Positions 8,977-19,649 of a DNA stretch of 64,000 nt are shown piece after piece. Every line of letters begins with the position of its first letter. Position 1 is the first letter of the stretch. Location: positions 416,001-480,000 of the forward strand of contig CBDBHR010000028.1 in assembly GCA_965205865.1 (NCBI GenBank), written 5' to 3'. The translations under genes and the position numbers were made by a program. The stretch comes from a bacterium (lineage in GTDB: Bacteria; SAR324; NAC60-12). Under the pieces are notes generated by a model. It was given only the letters and a program-made list of their open reading frames with translations. It had not been told where the DNA came from and searched no databases.

Positions 8977-9477
8977 CTAAGAGGAGGAGGGTTCTAAATC
9001 GGACTGATTCTTCGTTTTTCCAAACATAGTGGATAGGATGAAAAAACAGATCCCGACGCTGATGAAACAATCTGCCAGATTATTCACGAAAAAACTGAAA
9101 TCATACCAACGGAAATGAAGAAAATCCGTCACTGAGCCAAAAATCGCCCGGTCAATCAAATTTCCCAACGCCCCCGGAATGATCAATACCAACGCCGTTT
9201 TCATGATACGGTCACTCTTTTTCCAATACCAAATCAGGTAATAGAGCATCCCCACCACCGCGATCGTCGAAATGGACAGCAGAAGTGGCAGGCGAACGGT
9301 TTCCGGCCAATCGGACATAAAACTGAAGCTCACGCCTTTGTTTTGTACCAGCGTCAATTCCAGAAAATTGGGCAGGATAGGGATCATGTGGTATGAATCG
9401 ACATGCTGGCGCACCCAAATTTTAGACCCTTGGTCCAGCAGCACCAGCAAACTGATTGCTAAGAACGCAATTCGCAT
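8977..9477 (-). CDS. lspA: Lipoprotein signal peptidase II
   Basis: DQGSK, NKGVSFS, GALGNLIDR, GSVTDF, NLAD motifs. Confidence 0.95.
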   Translation of the reverse strand: MRIAFLAISLLVLLDQGSKIWVRQHVDSYHMIPILPNFLELTLVQNKGVSFSFMSDWPETVRLPLLLSISTIAVVGMLYYLIWYWKKSDRIMKTALVLIIPGALGNLIDRAIFGSVTDFLHFRWYDFSFFVNNLADCFISVGICFFILSTMFGKTKNQSDLEPSSS

Positions 9478-9516
9478 CAAGCATTTATCAAGCGAAAGGT
9501 CATGAACATAATGGGA

Positions 9517-10794
9517 TTATTTGCTCTTTAAGAGGAGGTCTTCAATAGAAATATTTTTTTGTTGGCGGGTTTTCAAGTCTCGTAAGACCACTTCTCCATG
9601 CGCCAGTTCCTCAGGAAAAAGCAAGACAGCCTTGCTGACATTCATTGTATCAGCCCGTTGCAGAATTCGTTTGACTTTTTTCAGGCTGTAGTCACACTCC
9701 ACTCTTTTTCCTTGTCGCCGTAGTCGATTACTGATGTTGAGGGCCATGCCTTCTTCTTCTGCGGAAAATGGGATTACCATATAATCCACATTCCGGCTCA
9801 ATACCGGCAGGCGTTTCAGATCTGACAGCATATCTAAAATCGCAATATCTCCGAATCCAAAGCCCACGGCCGGAATCGTATCGCCTCCATAAGTAGAAAG
9901 CAAAGAATCGTAACGGCCTCCTCCGCAGATGGAGCGATGGGCTTTGTGAATATCCTTCACTTCAAAAATCACTCCCGTATAATAGGACAGTCCCCGAACA
10001 ATGGAGATATCAAATTTCAAGTATTCCCCAAAACCCGCCTGAGTCAGCATTTGCATCACCGTAATTAGGGATTGCAGCGCCCGGCTACCAGCCAACTTTT
10101 CTGCCAACTCATTGATCGTCGTGATTGCCAGAAATCCATTCAATCCATGGATTTGCGAATGAGTGAGTTGCTCTTTTTGCAGCAGTTCGGCAAATGCGTC
10201 TTGGGAAATTTTATCCCGTTTGTCCATTACGATCATCACTTTATCATGCAGGATTTCAGGGACATCCAGAAAAGTGAGAATTTCATTAAGAATTTGACGA
10301 TCGTTTAAGAAGAGACGAATATCTTGCGAAGTGAGTCCCAGATTCTGGCAGCCCATCAGGAGTAATGAAAGAATTTCCGCTTCTGCGGTCACGCTTGATT
10401 CTCCAACGACATCGGCATTCCATTGAAAATGTTCCCGTCTTCGTCCACGCATCATGCGTTCATAGCGAAAACATTGTGGAATGGAGAACCATTTCAACGG
10501 ATACGACAGGGCTCTTTGTTGTTGAAGAACCATCCGGGCCAGCGAGGGGGTCATTTCGGGGCGCAAACTCAGATGACGCCCTGCTTTGTCCTGGAAGGCA
10601 TAAATCTGCTCGGTTATTTCATCTCCCGCTTTGCGTGTGTAAAGCTCTGCGTGTTCCAGGATACAGGCGTCATATTCTTCGAATCCAAATTGTTGAGCAG
10701 TACCGCGCCACATGTCAAACAACCAATTTCGTAATCGCATCTCTTCCGGATAAAAGTCCCTGGTCCCTTTCACGCCTTGTACTTCAATTGCCAT
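9517..10794 (-). CDS. hisS: Histidine--tRNA ligase
   Basis: KGTRDF, LRPEMT, FRYER, RGLSYYTG, GGGRYD, AVGFGFG. Confidence 0.97.
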   Translation of the reverse strand: MAIEVQGVKGTRDFYPEEMRLRNWLFDMWRGTAQQFGFEEYDACILEHAELYTRKAGDEITEQIYAFQDKAGRHLSLRPEMTPSLARMVLQQQRALSYPLKWFSIPQCFRYERMMRGRRREHFQWNADVVGESSVTAEAEILSLLLMGCQNLGLTSQDIRLFLNDRQILNEILTFLDVPEILHDKVMIVMDKRDKISQDAFAELLQKEQLTHSQIHGLNGFLAITTINELAEKLAGSRALQSLITVMQMLTQAGFGEYLKFDISIVRGLSYYTGVIFEVKDIHKAHRSICGGGRYDSLLSTYGGDTIPAVGFGFGDIAILDMLSDLKRLPVLSRNVDYMVIPFSAEEEGMALNISNRLRRQGKRVECDYSLKKVKRILQRADTMNVSKAVLLFPEELAHGEVVLRDLKTRQQKNISIEDLLLKSK

Positions 10795-10844
10795 TTGCCG
10801 TCCTATTTAAATGATTTGTAAGCACTCGAGTCGAAGCGGGATGC

Positions 10845-11666
10845 TCACTTGGTCTGATGAGCGTTTTGTTCGAAGCACAAATAACGAATTTTTTTAAAAT
10901 CATTCCATGCCAACGCCATTGCTGAAGAATTACGCAAGAGGTAAGCAGGATGGAATGTTGGTAACACGCTCCACTGTTGATAGGAATAGAGTTGTCCGCG
11001 AGATTCGGTTATCCCCGGCGCGTTGGGGGCTAAAACCCGGGTGGGGACATTGCCCAGCGTGACGATCAGGCGGGGATCGATCAATTCAATTTGACGCTGC
11101 AAAATTGGAAAACATTTTGCGATTTCTTCGGGTTGGGGATTCCGATTGCCAGGAGGGCGGCATTTGACGACGTTGGCAATATAGACATCAGGACGGTCAA
11201 TCCCAATGGATTGGATCATGGTGGTGAGCAGTTTGCCGGCCCTGCCAACAAAAGGCTCACCCAGCCGGTCTTCCTCCGCACCAGGAGCTTCTCCGATGAA
11301 AAGCAGCACTGTATGGCGATGACCCACTCCAAAAACAAAATTGGTGCGGCCGGCACCCAAGGGACAACGTTGACAGGTACAGTATTGCTGCTCTAAGTTT
11401 TCCAGAGAATCGAACCCGGGAATCGACGTCGGAGAATGAGTTTCAGAAGAGGGACGGTCTCGATTCCTCTTCCGTAGAGGATCATCACTCAGTTTAGCAA
11501 TGGAGGAATTATTCTCTGGCACTATGCCCATCATGGCTTGCAATCCCAGGGTCAGTTTACGAGATTCTTCCGTGGCAAGGGGTGCCAAATTCAAACGCTT
11601 GTATTTTTGCTGTCGAAACCACTCCAACTGATTTTCCAAGCGCCTCAAGAGTGTCTTGGTTTCCAT
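10845..11666 (-). CDS. Uracil-DNA glycosylase family 4 (Fe-S type)
   Basis: [38 protein letters not shown]. Confidence 0.93.
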   Translation of the reverse strand: METKTLLRRLENQLEWFRQQKYKRLNLAPLATEESRKLTLGLQAMMGIVPENNSSIAKLSDDPLRKRNRDRPSSETHSPTSIPGFDSLENLEQQYCTCQRCPLGAGRTNFVFGVGHRHTVLLFIGEAPGAEEDRLGEPFVGRAGKLLTTMIQSIGIDRPDVYIANVVKCRPPGNRNPQPEEIAKCFPILQRQIELIDPRLIVTLGNVPTRVLAPNAPGITESRGQLYSYQQWSVLPTFHPAYLLRNSSAMALAWNDFKKIRYLCFEQNAHQTK

Positions 11667-11683
11667 GGCAGTCGCATCAAAAA

Positions 11684-13024
11684 TTACAAAATATAACGCG
11701 TCAGGTCCTGATCTTTCAACAATTCCGAGAGACGATCCTGGATATATTCGGGAGTCACGGTGATCTCTTGTCCCTGCATTTGTGGAGCCTCAAAACTGAC
11801 TTCCTCCAACAATTGTTCCATGATTGTGTGCAAACGGCGGGCTCCGATATTTTCTGCCTGTTCATTCACTTCACAGGCAATCCTGGCGATTTCCTCAATG
11901 GCTTCATCAGTGAAATTCAAAATCACTTTTTCAGTGGCAAGCAATTCGGTGTATTGCACAATGAGAGCGTTTTTTGGTTCAGTGAGAATACGGATGAAAT
12001 CTGCTTTGCTCAAAGATTTCAGTTCCACACGAATAGGAAAACGTCCCTGCAATTCCGGGATGAGATCCGACGGTTTGGCGGCATGAAATGCACCGGCTGC
12101 GATGAACAAGATATGGTCCGTTTGCACGGGACCATATTTGGTATTGATGGTCGAACCTTCGACAATCGGCAATAAATCGCGCTGGACGCCTTCCCTGGAA
12201 ACATCCGGCCCCTGGGCCGAACTGCGCGTGGCAATTTTATCTATTTCATCCAGAAAAACGATTCCCGTTTGCTCTACGCGAAGGATAGCCTCGCGTGAGA
12301 CTTCCTCCATGTCGAGCAACTTGTGTATTTCCTCTTGCTCGAGAATACTCCGCGCGTCCCCGATTTTAACTTTTCGACGTTTACTGCGCTTGGGCATCAT
12401 ATTGGAGAGCATATCCCGAATATTCATATCCAGATTGTCATTGAGAGAAATGGGCATCATTTCGATAAATGATCCGGATCCCTTTTCAGGAACATCTAGT
12501 TCGACAGGCTTGTCATCGAGCTTGCCATTGCGCAATTTTTGGCGAAATTTTTCTTTGGTCGAATTATTTTCTTCAGATTCGCGGGGGTTCGTTGAAGGAA
12601 CGAGTAAATCGAGGATTCGTTCTTCAGCCTGCGCCTGTGCCTGGGTTTGAATTCTTCTGGTATGTTCATGGCGGACCATGTTGACAGCCATTTCTGCAAG
12701 ATCCCGGATGATCGACTCCACATCGCGTCCGACATATCCAACTTCGGTGAATTTAGAGGCTTCTATTTTGGTGAACGGAGCATTGACCAGACGTGCCATC
12801 CTCCTGGCAATTTCTGTTTTTCCCACCCCTGTTGGTCCGATCATAACAATGTTTTTTGGCAAAATTTCATCCCGCAGTTCTTCACGGACTTGAAGCCGAC
12901 GCCATCGATTACGCAAGGCAATTGCCACCGCCTTTTTTGCAGCTTCCTGGCCAACAATGTATTTGTCCAATTCTTCTGCAATTTCCCGGGGCGTTTGATT
13001 CTGATGCGAAAGAGTGTTTTCCAT
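11684..13024 (-). CDS. hslU: ATP-dependent protease ATPase subunit HslU
   Basis: [45 protein letters not shown]. Confidence 0.98.
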   Translation of the reverse strand: MENTLSHQNQTPREIAEELDKYIVGQEAAKKAVAIALRNRWRRLQVREELRDEILPKNIVMIGPTGVGKTEIARRMARLVNAPFTKIEASKFTEVGYVGRDVESIIRDLAEMAVNMVRHEHTRRIQTQAQAQAEERILDLLVPSTNPRESEENNSTKEKFRQKLRNGKLDDKPVELDVPEKGSGSFIEMMPISLNDNLDMNIRDMLSNMMPKRSKRRKVKIGDARSILEQEEIHKLLDMEEVSREAILRVEQTGIVFLDEIDKIATRSSAQGPDVSREGVQRDLLPIVEGSTINTKYGPVQTDHILFIAAGAFHAAKPSDLIPELQGRFPIRVELKSLSKADFIRILTEPKNALIVQYTELLATEKVILNFTDEAIEEIARIACEVNEQAENIGARRLHTIMEQLLEEVSFEAPQMQGQEITVTPEYIQDRLSELLKDQDLTRYIL

Positions 13025-13042
13025 GAATGCTTTCGATATATT

Positions 13043-13564
13043 TTAGTAATTGAGTTCTTCAAAAGAGAACTGCTGGTTGGTATAGAGGCAAATGTCACCG
13101 GCAATTCGCATGGCTTTTTCCGCAATGATTTTTGCCGGCAAGTCACTGTCCAACAATGCGCGTGCGGCCGCCAGGGCATACGGGCCACCTGCACCAATGG
13201 CTATAACTCCATCATCCGGTTCTATCACGTCTCCATTCCCGGAAATTATAAGCGCCGCTTCTTTGCTGGCAACTGCCAACAAGGCTTCCAGGTTTCTCAA
13301 CATTTTGTTTGTTCGCCATTCTTTAGCCAATTCTACAGCAGCTCGCACGATCTGTCCGCTGTATTGTTCCAGTTTTTCATCAAACTTCTCAAACAAGGCA
13401 AACGCATCCGCCGTAGAGCCGGCAAAGCCGGCAAGTACTCTACCATCGTAAGTAGTTCGAATTTTGGTTGCAGTGGATTTCATCACTGTGTTGCCCATGG
13501 TCACCTGGCCGTCTCCGGCCATAACCACGGAATTGTCTTTTCTGATACAAAGGATGGTGGTCAT
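13043..13564 (-). CDS. hslV: ATP-dependent protease subunit HslV
   Basis: N-terminal [18 protein letters not shown]; adjacent to hslU. Confidence 0.98.
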   Translation of the reverse strand: MTTILCIRKDNSVVMAGDGQVTMGNTVMKSTATKIRTTYDGRVLAGFAGSTADAFALFEKFDEKLEQYSGQIVRAAVELAKEWRTNKMLRNLEALLAVASKEAALIISGNGDVIEPDDGVIAIGAGGPYALAAARALLDSDLPAKIIAEKAMRIAGDICLYTNQQFSFEELNY

Positions 13565-13599
13565 GGTAATAACGTTTGGATCAAAATTCGGGTTTCAGT

Positions 13600-14805
13600 C
13601 TATCTATGCGTTTTTTGCTGTTTCCAATAAGATTCTTCAACAACGCTAAAAATATGATTAAGGGAAATTCCATGCGCAACGGCAATTTTTCGACAGTCCT
13701 CAAATTCCGGGCTGAATCGGGACTGCTCTTCGAAGACGGATTGCTTCCCTCGGACCTTGCCCCAGGGGGTTTGCACTTCCACGATAGCGCGTTTCAGGAA
13801 AGTGCGGTGAAAATTTCGGTATCTTATCCCTAAGGATGTTGTTTCCTGGAAAACCAAGCGGTGTAATTGCCAACGTTTTTCTGGCGCATGTAAGATTTGT
13901 AGCAACACTCCCGGACGATTTTTTTTCATTTGAATCGGAATGAACCACACGTCCAGTGCCCCTGCGGCCATCAATTGTTCGTGCACAAATCCTAAACATT
14001 CAGGGGTACAATCGTCTATGTTGGTCTCGGAGCATTCCACCAATTCAAAGAGTAAGCTATCCTCAGAAACCCGAGATTCCTTTTGAAAGCCGAGAATGCA
14101 ACGAATGATATTGGGAACTTCACTCCGGTCCTGACTTCCCGTTCCAATCCCGATACGATCGACCCTGTACCGTAATGCGTCAGATTGTGGTTCTGCCAGA
14201 GCGGCCAATATGGCTGCTCCTGTCGGGGTGGTACGCTCAAAAGGAAGTGTATCCTGTATAATATCAAACCCATGTAGCAATTCTAAGGTGGCTGGGGCTG
14301 GAATCGGCATCATCCCATGCGCTGTTTTAACAAACCCTGCGCCCAGTGGAATCGAAGACACATAAATACCAGCTATTTCTAAATAGTCCAGACATAAGGC
14401 CACACAGACAATATCTGCAATCGAATCCCAGGCGCCGACTTCATGAAAATGTACGTCCTCCGGGAGCTTATTGTGAATTTTTCCTTCGACAAGGGCCAGC
14501 TGCTTAAAAATCTTAAGCGCTAATTCCTTCACATGGAAGGAGAGAGACGAATTTCCAATCAATTGCCGGATTGTTTGAAAAGATCGATGGGGATGGGCGT
14601 CCCCCGTCAGACTTTCTACATGAAAATGCGTGCCCGAGATTTCATGCCGTTTTGTTTTTTGGCGAGAAAGTCGCAATGGTAGACTTTCCAATTGGCTCAT
14701 TCCCTCCTCGAGAAGGGCAAAAGGGACTCCCAAATCCAAGAGTCCTCCTACCACCATATCTCCCGCAATTCCACCAATGACATTTAAATGTAAGATTCTA
14801 CGCAT
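13600..14805 (-). CDS. larC: Nickel pincer cofactor biosynthesis protein LarC
   Basis: GIAGDM, VHFHEVGAWDSIADI, HGMMPIPAPATL, TPTGAA, ETNIDD, MKKNRPG, ETTSLGIR, PEFEDC. ATG at 14805 follows AGGA. Confidence 0.93.
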   Translation of the reverse strand: MRRILHLNVIGGIAGDMVVGGLLDLGVPFALLEEGMSQLESLPLRLSRQKTKRHEISGTHFHVESLTGDAHPHRSFQTIRQLIGNSSLSFHVKELALKIFKQLALVEGKIHNKLPEDVHFHEVGAWDSIADIVCVALCLDYLEIAGIYVSSIPLGAGFVKTAHGMMPIPAPATLELLHGFDIIQDTLPFERTTPTGAAILAALAEPQSDALRYRVDRIGIGTGSQDRSEVPNIIRCILGFQKESRVSEDSLLFELVECSETNIDDCTPECLGFVHEQLMAAGALDVWFIPIQMKKNRPGVLLQILHAPEKRWQLHRLVFQETTSLGIRYRNFHRTFLKRAIVEVQTPWGKVRGKQSVFEEQSRFSPEFEDCRKIAVAHGISLNHIFSVVEESYWKQQKTHR

Positions 14806-15217
14806 AGTCGTTTCCTGATTTTTCATAGGCAGCATCATATGTTGGATCCACAAAACTTTCCAGTATTTCGCAGGAATTGCAAAATGAAAAACCTGTTATT
14901 GAAAAACATACCAAAAAGTACGTCACTTCAATTACTGACAACTTTTTCTATTGTAAAAAAGCTTGAGGATGACGTAGAATTGAAGAATGATATATTTAAC
15001 ATATTCAGGGAAGTAGGGGAGTATAATACACAAAATATTGATTTTATTGAGGAAATTTCAAATTTTATTAAATTGGATAATCTGAATTGACAGAAAATAC
15101 GAAAATTTCAAAACAGGAATTCAATGGTATCGGTGTGAGTTAGTCTTGACTCGCTGGTTCCGACGTAGTATTTGGCACAGTATAATGACTCTACTAAATC
15201 AGCAGGGATGCTGATGT

Positions 15218-16621
15218 ATGGAGGAAGTATCAAACTCACTTTTGTTTAGAAAGCGAGACCGTATGAATAAATTTTCGATCATTTTCATAAAAGATTCTCA
15301 TGCCTCCGTACGGCAGTACTCAATGAGTTATCGACTCTTTTTTGTGTGTGGGTTTTTGTTCATTAGTTCTGTTATTGCTTTGGGGTCGCTTTATTATTCC
15401 CAGCATCAAAAAATCGTTGCCCAACAATATCGACTGGAGAAGAATGAGACGCTGCAAGCAAACATGCAAAAAGAAATAGGGGGTTTTGCTGAAAAAGAAA
15501 AACGCCTCAAATTTTTAGAATCTTATTTGGAGGAATTGAAATGGACAGCGTATAAAAGCGAAAATTCCTTAAAAAAGTACGTTGCCCAATACAAAACGAG
15601 TATCAACAAATTGACGGGTCTTCACCGCTACATTTGTCAGACTATGGAGACAGATTGCGTGGTTAATATTGATAATCCGCAGCGAGTTCCTACCTGGACG
15701 GAGGCCGATCAAGTGAGTGCCTGGATGGAAAAGGCTCAAACCAATTTTGAAACGCTTGCTAAGACGGTGGCGGACTTCAATGAAAAAAAGATCACTATTG
15801 AAGATCAGGAAAAAACGATTTCCCGCTTGGAACTGCGGATCTCCCAAATTGAAGCACAAATGAAGAGACATTTGCAATTGTTGAAGGATAAGGAAATAGC
15901 CATTGGACATTTCTCCAGCAGGATTCATGAAGTCACGGGAATTAAAATCGACTTGGCAGAACAATTCATGCCCAAAACTGACAATTTCGAGAATGAGAAA
16001 GGGCGAGGTGGCCCCAGCGTATCCGATCATGCGGTTGATTTCGCCGATTTTAGCGAATTCAGTTACTTGCAAAGATATCTTGAAGAAACAGCGCAATATT
16101 ATGAAAATATTGTCAAGTCGATTGACAAATTGAGCAAGTCGATTGACCAAGACAGCCGGCTTTGGCAAAATACTCCTACCATTCGCCCCGTCAAAACACG
16201 TTCAATATCAGATCGATTTGGAAGACGGGTACATCCCGTAACTCGCAAACCTGATTATCATCGAGGAGTCGATTTCCCGGCAAAAACCGGGACTTCGGTT
16301 TATACGCCTGCAGACGGAGTCGTCACCAGGGCGGCTCGCTGGGGTGGGTGTGGCCGTTTTATTGAAATCCAACATGGGCTGGGGTTTTACAAGAACAAAC
16401 GTAAGAAAGTGTATTTCACGACTCGATACTGTCATCTGCACCGCATCAAAGTTAAAAAAGGCCAGAGAGTAAAACGCGGCCAGATAATTGGGCTTGTGGG
16501 AAATACTGGCATAAGTACGGGCCCACATCTTCACTATGAGATCATACTCAATAAAAACGATAAGAAATACGTTGATCCTCTCAATCTCATTTACCATTTT
16601 GAATCCCATCTGAAAAACTAA
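15218..16621 (+). CDS. M23 family metallopeptidase with N-terminal TM segment and coiled coil
   Basis: HRGVDF (HxxxD), GNTGISTGPHLHYEI (HxH). The start may be at 15263. Confidence 0.9.
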   Translation: MEEVSNSLLFRKRDRMNKFSIIFIKDSHASVRQYSMSYRLFFVCGFLFISSVIALGSLYYSQHQKIVAQQYRLEKNETLQANMQKEIGGFAEKEKRLKFLESYLEELKWTAYKSENSLKKYVAQYKTSINKLTGLHRYICQTMETDCVVNIDNPQRVPTWTEADQVSAWMEKAQTNFETLAKTVADFNEKKITIEDQEKTISRLELRISQIEAQMKRHLQLLKDKEIAIGHFSSRIHEVTGIKIDLAEQFMPKTDNFENEKGRGGPSVSDHAVDFADFSEFSYLQRYLEETAQYYENIVKSIDKLSKSIDQDSRLWQNTPTIRPVKTRSISDRFGRRVHPVTRKPDYHRGVDFPAKTGTSVYTPADGVVTRAARWGGCGRFIEIQHGLGFYKNKRKKVYFTTRYCHLHRIKVKKGQRVKRGQIIGLVGNTGISTGPHLHYEIILNKNDKKYVDPLNLIYHFESHLKN

Positions 16622-16665
16622 TCAAACCCACTAAAGCTCCGACTCACGTTGGAGTAGAATGCAGC

Positions 16666-17835
16666 ATGGAACGCTATCAAATTCGTGGGGTTTCGGCAAA
16701 TAAAGCAGACATCCATCAAGCTATTCTGCATGTTGACAAAGGGATTTTTCCTTTGGCCTTTTGTAAGGTGGTCGCAGATCATTTAGGAGGCGATCCTGCC
16801 TACTGCAATATCATGCATGCTGACGGCGCAGGTAGTAAAGCCTCTTTGGCTTATCTCTACTATAGGGAAACAGGAGACCTATCTGTTTTTGAAGGAATCG
16901 CGCGGGACACGACTGTGATGAACGTAGACGATCTGCTTTGTGTCGGTGTTTATGATCATCTGCTGCTATCGAGTACCATTGGACGGCATGCGAAAAGAAT
17001 TCCCAGCGCAATCATCAAAGCTGTCATCGAAGGGCACGAAAAGGTTGCGACACACTTTACCGCCCTTGGTATTTCTCTGGTCACCACCGGAGGAGAAACT
17101 GCCGATTTGGGGGATTTGGTGCGAACCTTGGTTGTTGATTCTACCATCACCGCCCGTTGGCCCCGCAACCGAATCCTGACAAATGAGCGAATCCAGCCTG
17201 GAGATATCATCATTGGCTTGTCCAGCTTCGGACAAACATCCTATGAAACTCAATACAACAGCGGCATTGGCAGCAATGGCCTCACTTCTGCGCGGCACGA
17301 TTTACTCCATCGAGATTATGGCGAACGATTTCCTGAAAGCTATGATCCTGAAATGTCTCCGGAGATGGCCTATGCCGGACCTTATCGCCTCAATGATTCC
17401 CTGGAAGGCACCCCCTTGACCATCGGACAAGCCCTGCTCTCCCCTGCCCGGACTTATGCGCCGGTACTCAAGGACCTACTGGAAACACATTTTCACAAAG
17501 TTTCCGGTGTGATCCACTGTACGGGAGGCGGACAGACCAAATGCTTGAAGTTCGGACAGGGAATCCACTATATCAAAGACCGGCTTTTTCCAATCCCGCC
17601 ATTGTTTCAGTACTATCCAACGGGTGTCCCAAACGTCTTGGCAAGAAATGTACGAGTGTGTTCAATATGGGACATCGCATGGAGATTTTAGGACCGCCTG
17701 ATTTGTTACCGGTGAGCAAAATCCATTGGAGAAAAATATAACCTCGCCGTTAGGCAGGTTGGCATTTGTGAAGCAAGCTCGGCAAACAACAGGTTGCAAA
17801 TAGTTTCAGAAGTTGGAAGCTTTGACTTTGAATAG
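16666..17835 (+). pseudogene. purM: AIR synthase PurM, 3' region frameshifted (possibly sequencing error)
   Basis: HADGAGSK, MNVDDLLC, GGETADLGD, IHCTGGGQTK. After PPLFQ the expected sequence continues in other frames (TIQRVSQTSWQEMYE, then VFNMGHRME, then ...SEVGSFDFE*). Confidence 0.85.
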
Positions 17836-17905
17836 TCACCAAGGTCTGATTTCGAGAAAATAGATGGTAGAAATCAAGGCGTAATTTCAATTCCACATCG
17901 ATAAT

Positions 17906-18069
17906 TAAGGAATGAAATTTAAATAAGTTAGAAGTATGGATACGCAAAATTAGGGTACAGGTAACAGCAGGCATAAAACAGTAGAGTTGGGATGCGCAGC
18001 GGTGTACCTGTCCCCCAATTTTGCTCACACAATTGGAATAATTACAGGTTATTTAAGGTTTGTTCCTAA
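17906..18069. mobile_element. MITE-like element, copy 2 (TAA-flanked)
   Basis: Near-identical to 8656-8812 with small indels; ends 15 bp before the livG-like start codon. Confidence 0.85.
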
Positions 18070-18084
18070 GTCCCGACTACTAAA

Positions 18085-18870
18085 ATGGACATAAATGATC
18101 ATTCCGGAGCGCCTTTGATGAGGGTCTCCAACGTGACTGTGAAATTTGGGGGAATTACAGCACTGCAGCGAGTTTCTTTTGACGTCCGGCAGGGAATCAT
18201 TTTTGGACTGATTGGTCCCAATGGTGCGGGAAAGACGACCCTCTTCAATTGCATGAGCCGCCTTTATGATACCAGCGAAGGAGATATTATATTTGAAGGG
18301 AGATCCATTTTAGGACTCCCCACCTATAAGGCGTGTACCGTCGGGATTGGGCGTACATTTCAAAACCTGGCCTTGTTCAAGACCATGAGTGTAATGGACA
18401 ATGTGTTGGTAGGCGGGCACCATCACACCAGGAGTGACTACGTCAGCAATGCGCTCAAGCTTCCATGGGCCTGCCGGGAAGACCGTCTGTTGCGTGAGGA
18501 AACCTTGGAACTGCTCCAGTACTTGGATCTGAGCGAGCAGGCCCATACTCCGGTTTTGACTTTGCCCTTTGGCACGCAAAAGCGTGTCGAACTGGCCCGT
18601 GCACTGGCGACCCGCCCCAAACTATTGCTACTGGATGAACCAGCTGGCGGTCTGAATCATGATGAGATCAACCATTTGATTGGCCTGATTCTCAAAATTC
18701 GGAAAGAAAAAAATCTCACCATTTTAATTGTAGAGCATCACATGCGCCTCGTCATGCGGGTCTCAGAACAAGTTGCAGTGCTCAATTTTGGTCAAAAAAT
18801 AGCGGATGGTTCCCCGGAAGCCATTCAAAAGGACCCGGCAGTCATTGCCGCCTATCTCGGCAAAGGATAA
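18085..18870 (+). CDS. livG: Branched-chain amino acid ABC transporter ATP-binding protein (LivG-like)
   Basis: GPNGAGKTT, GIGRTFQN, LLLDEPAGG, IVEHHM, C-terminal VIAAYLG. Confidence 0.9.
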   Translation: MDINDHSGAPLMRVSNVTVKFGGITALQRVSFDVRQGIIFGLIGPNGAGKTTLFNCMSRLYDTSEGDIIFEGRSILGLPTYKACTVGIGRTFQNLALFKTMSVMDNVLVGGHHHTRSDYVSNALKLPWACREDRLLREETLELLQYLDLSEQAHTPVLTLPFGTQKRVELARALATRPKLLLLDEPAGGLNHDEINHLIGLILKIRKEKNLTILIVEHHMRLVMRVSEQVAVLNFGQKIADGSPEAIQKDPAVIAAYLGKG

Positions 18871-18872
18871 TC

Positions 18873-19586
18873 ATGGCTGCTTTGCTGGAGGTGAAGAGGT
18901 TAGTAGCCTTTTATGGGGAGACCAAAGTCTTGCACGGGGTTGATTTTTCTTTGCAGCCTGAAAATATTACAACCCTCCTGGGTGCCAATGGTGCGGGAAA
19001 AACCACCACTTTGCGTGCCATCTGCGGGATGGTTGAGACCAAAGGGGAGATCATTTTCGATGGTGTTTCACTCCTGGGGAAAGCCACCGAAAACATCGTT
19101 CGCCATCGTATTGCCCATGTTGCGGAAGGTCGAGAAACTTTTGAACGATTGACCACGGCGGAAAATCTGCGGCTTGGGGCGATCACTCGTAAAGGCAGTT
19201 CTGAGATCGAAGAAGACATCGAACGCATGTATGGCTATTTTCCAGTCCTCAAAAAGCGTCACAATCAGCAAGCCGGCACTTTGAGCGGAGGAGAACAACA
19301 GATGTTGGCGATTGCACGGGCCTTAATGCTCCGTCCCCGCCTTTTGCTTTTAGACGAGCCTTCCTTTGGATTGGCGCCCATGCTGGTGAAAGCCGTATTT
19401 GAAAATCTCCGTCAAGTCAATGAAACGGAACAGGTCTGTATGCTGATTGTCGAACAGAACGCGACACTGGCACTGGAACTGGCAAGTCATGCTTATTTGC
19501 TGGAAACTGGTAAAGTGGTGATTTCAGGAACTGCCGAGGAAATCAAAAACGACCAGTCGATACGCCGTTCTTATTTGGGATATTGA
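18873..19586 (+). CDS. livF: Branched-chain amino acid ABC transporter ATP-binding protein (LivF-like)
   Basis: GANGAGKTT, LSGGEQQM, LDEPSFGLAP, IVEQNA. Confidence 0.9.
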   Translation: MAALLEVKRLVAFYGETKVLHGVDFSLQPENITTLLGANGAGKTTTLRAICGMVETKGEIIFDGVSLLGKATENIVRHRIAHVAEGRETFERLTTAENLRLGAITRKGSSEIEEDIERMYGYFPVLKKRHNQQAGTLSGGEQQMLAIARALMLRPRLLLLDEPSFGLAPMLVKAVFENLRQVNETEQVCMLIVEQNATLALELASHAYLLETGKVVISGTAEEIKNDQSIRRSYLGY

Positions 19587-19596
19587 GCGCCCGGTT

Positions 19597-19647
19597 CTCC
19601 CCTCCCCTTGAGGGAGGGGTCGGGGGTCAGGTGTCGCGGGGAGGGGT
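19597..19647. repeat. REP-like GC-rich palindrome
   Basis: CCCCTCCC-CTTG-AGGGAGGGG...GGGGAGGGG; a related copy lies at 25590-25624. Confidence 0.65.
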
Positions 19648-19649
19648 AA

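Noticed and set aside
8981-9010. GGAGGGTTC at the lspA 3' end as another 36-mer copy
   Set aside because: Only about 9 bp match; there is no CCCAC/GTGGG stem or second direct repeat.
14839-15090. 83-aa ORF between larC and the M23 peptidase
   Set aside because: It lies in an AT-rich divergent promoter region, has no recognisable motif and cannot be supported.
15171-15188. Sigma-54 promoter (TTGGCAC) upstream of the M23 gene
   Set aside because: The -12 GC dinucleotide is absent at the required spacing.
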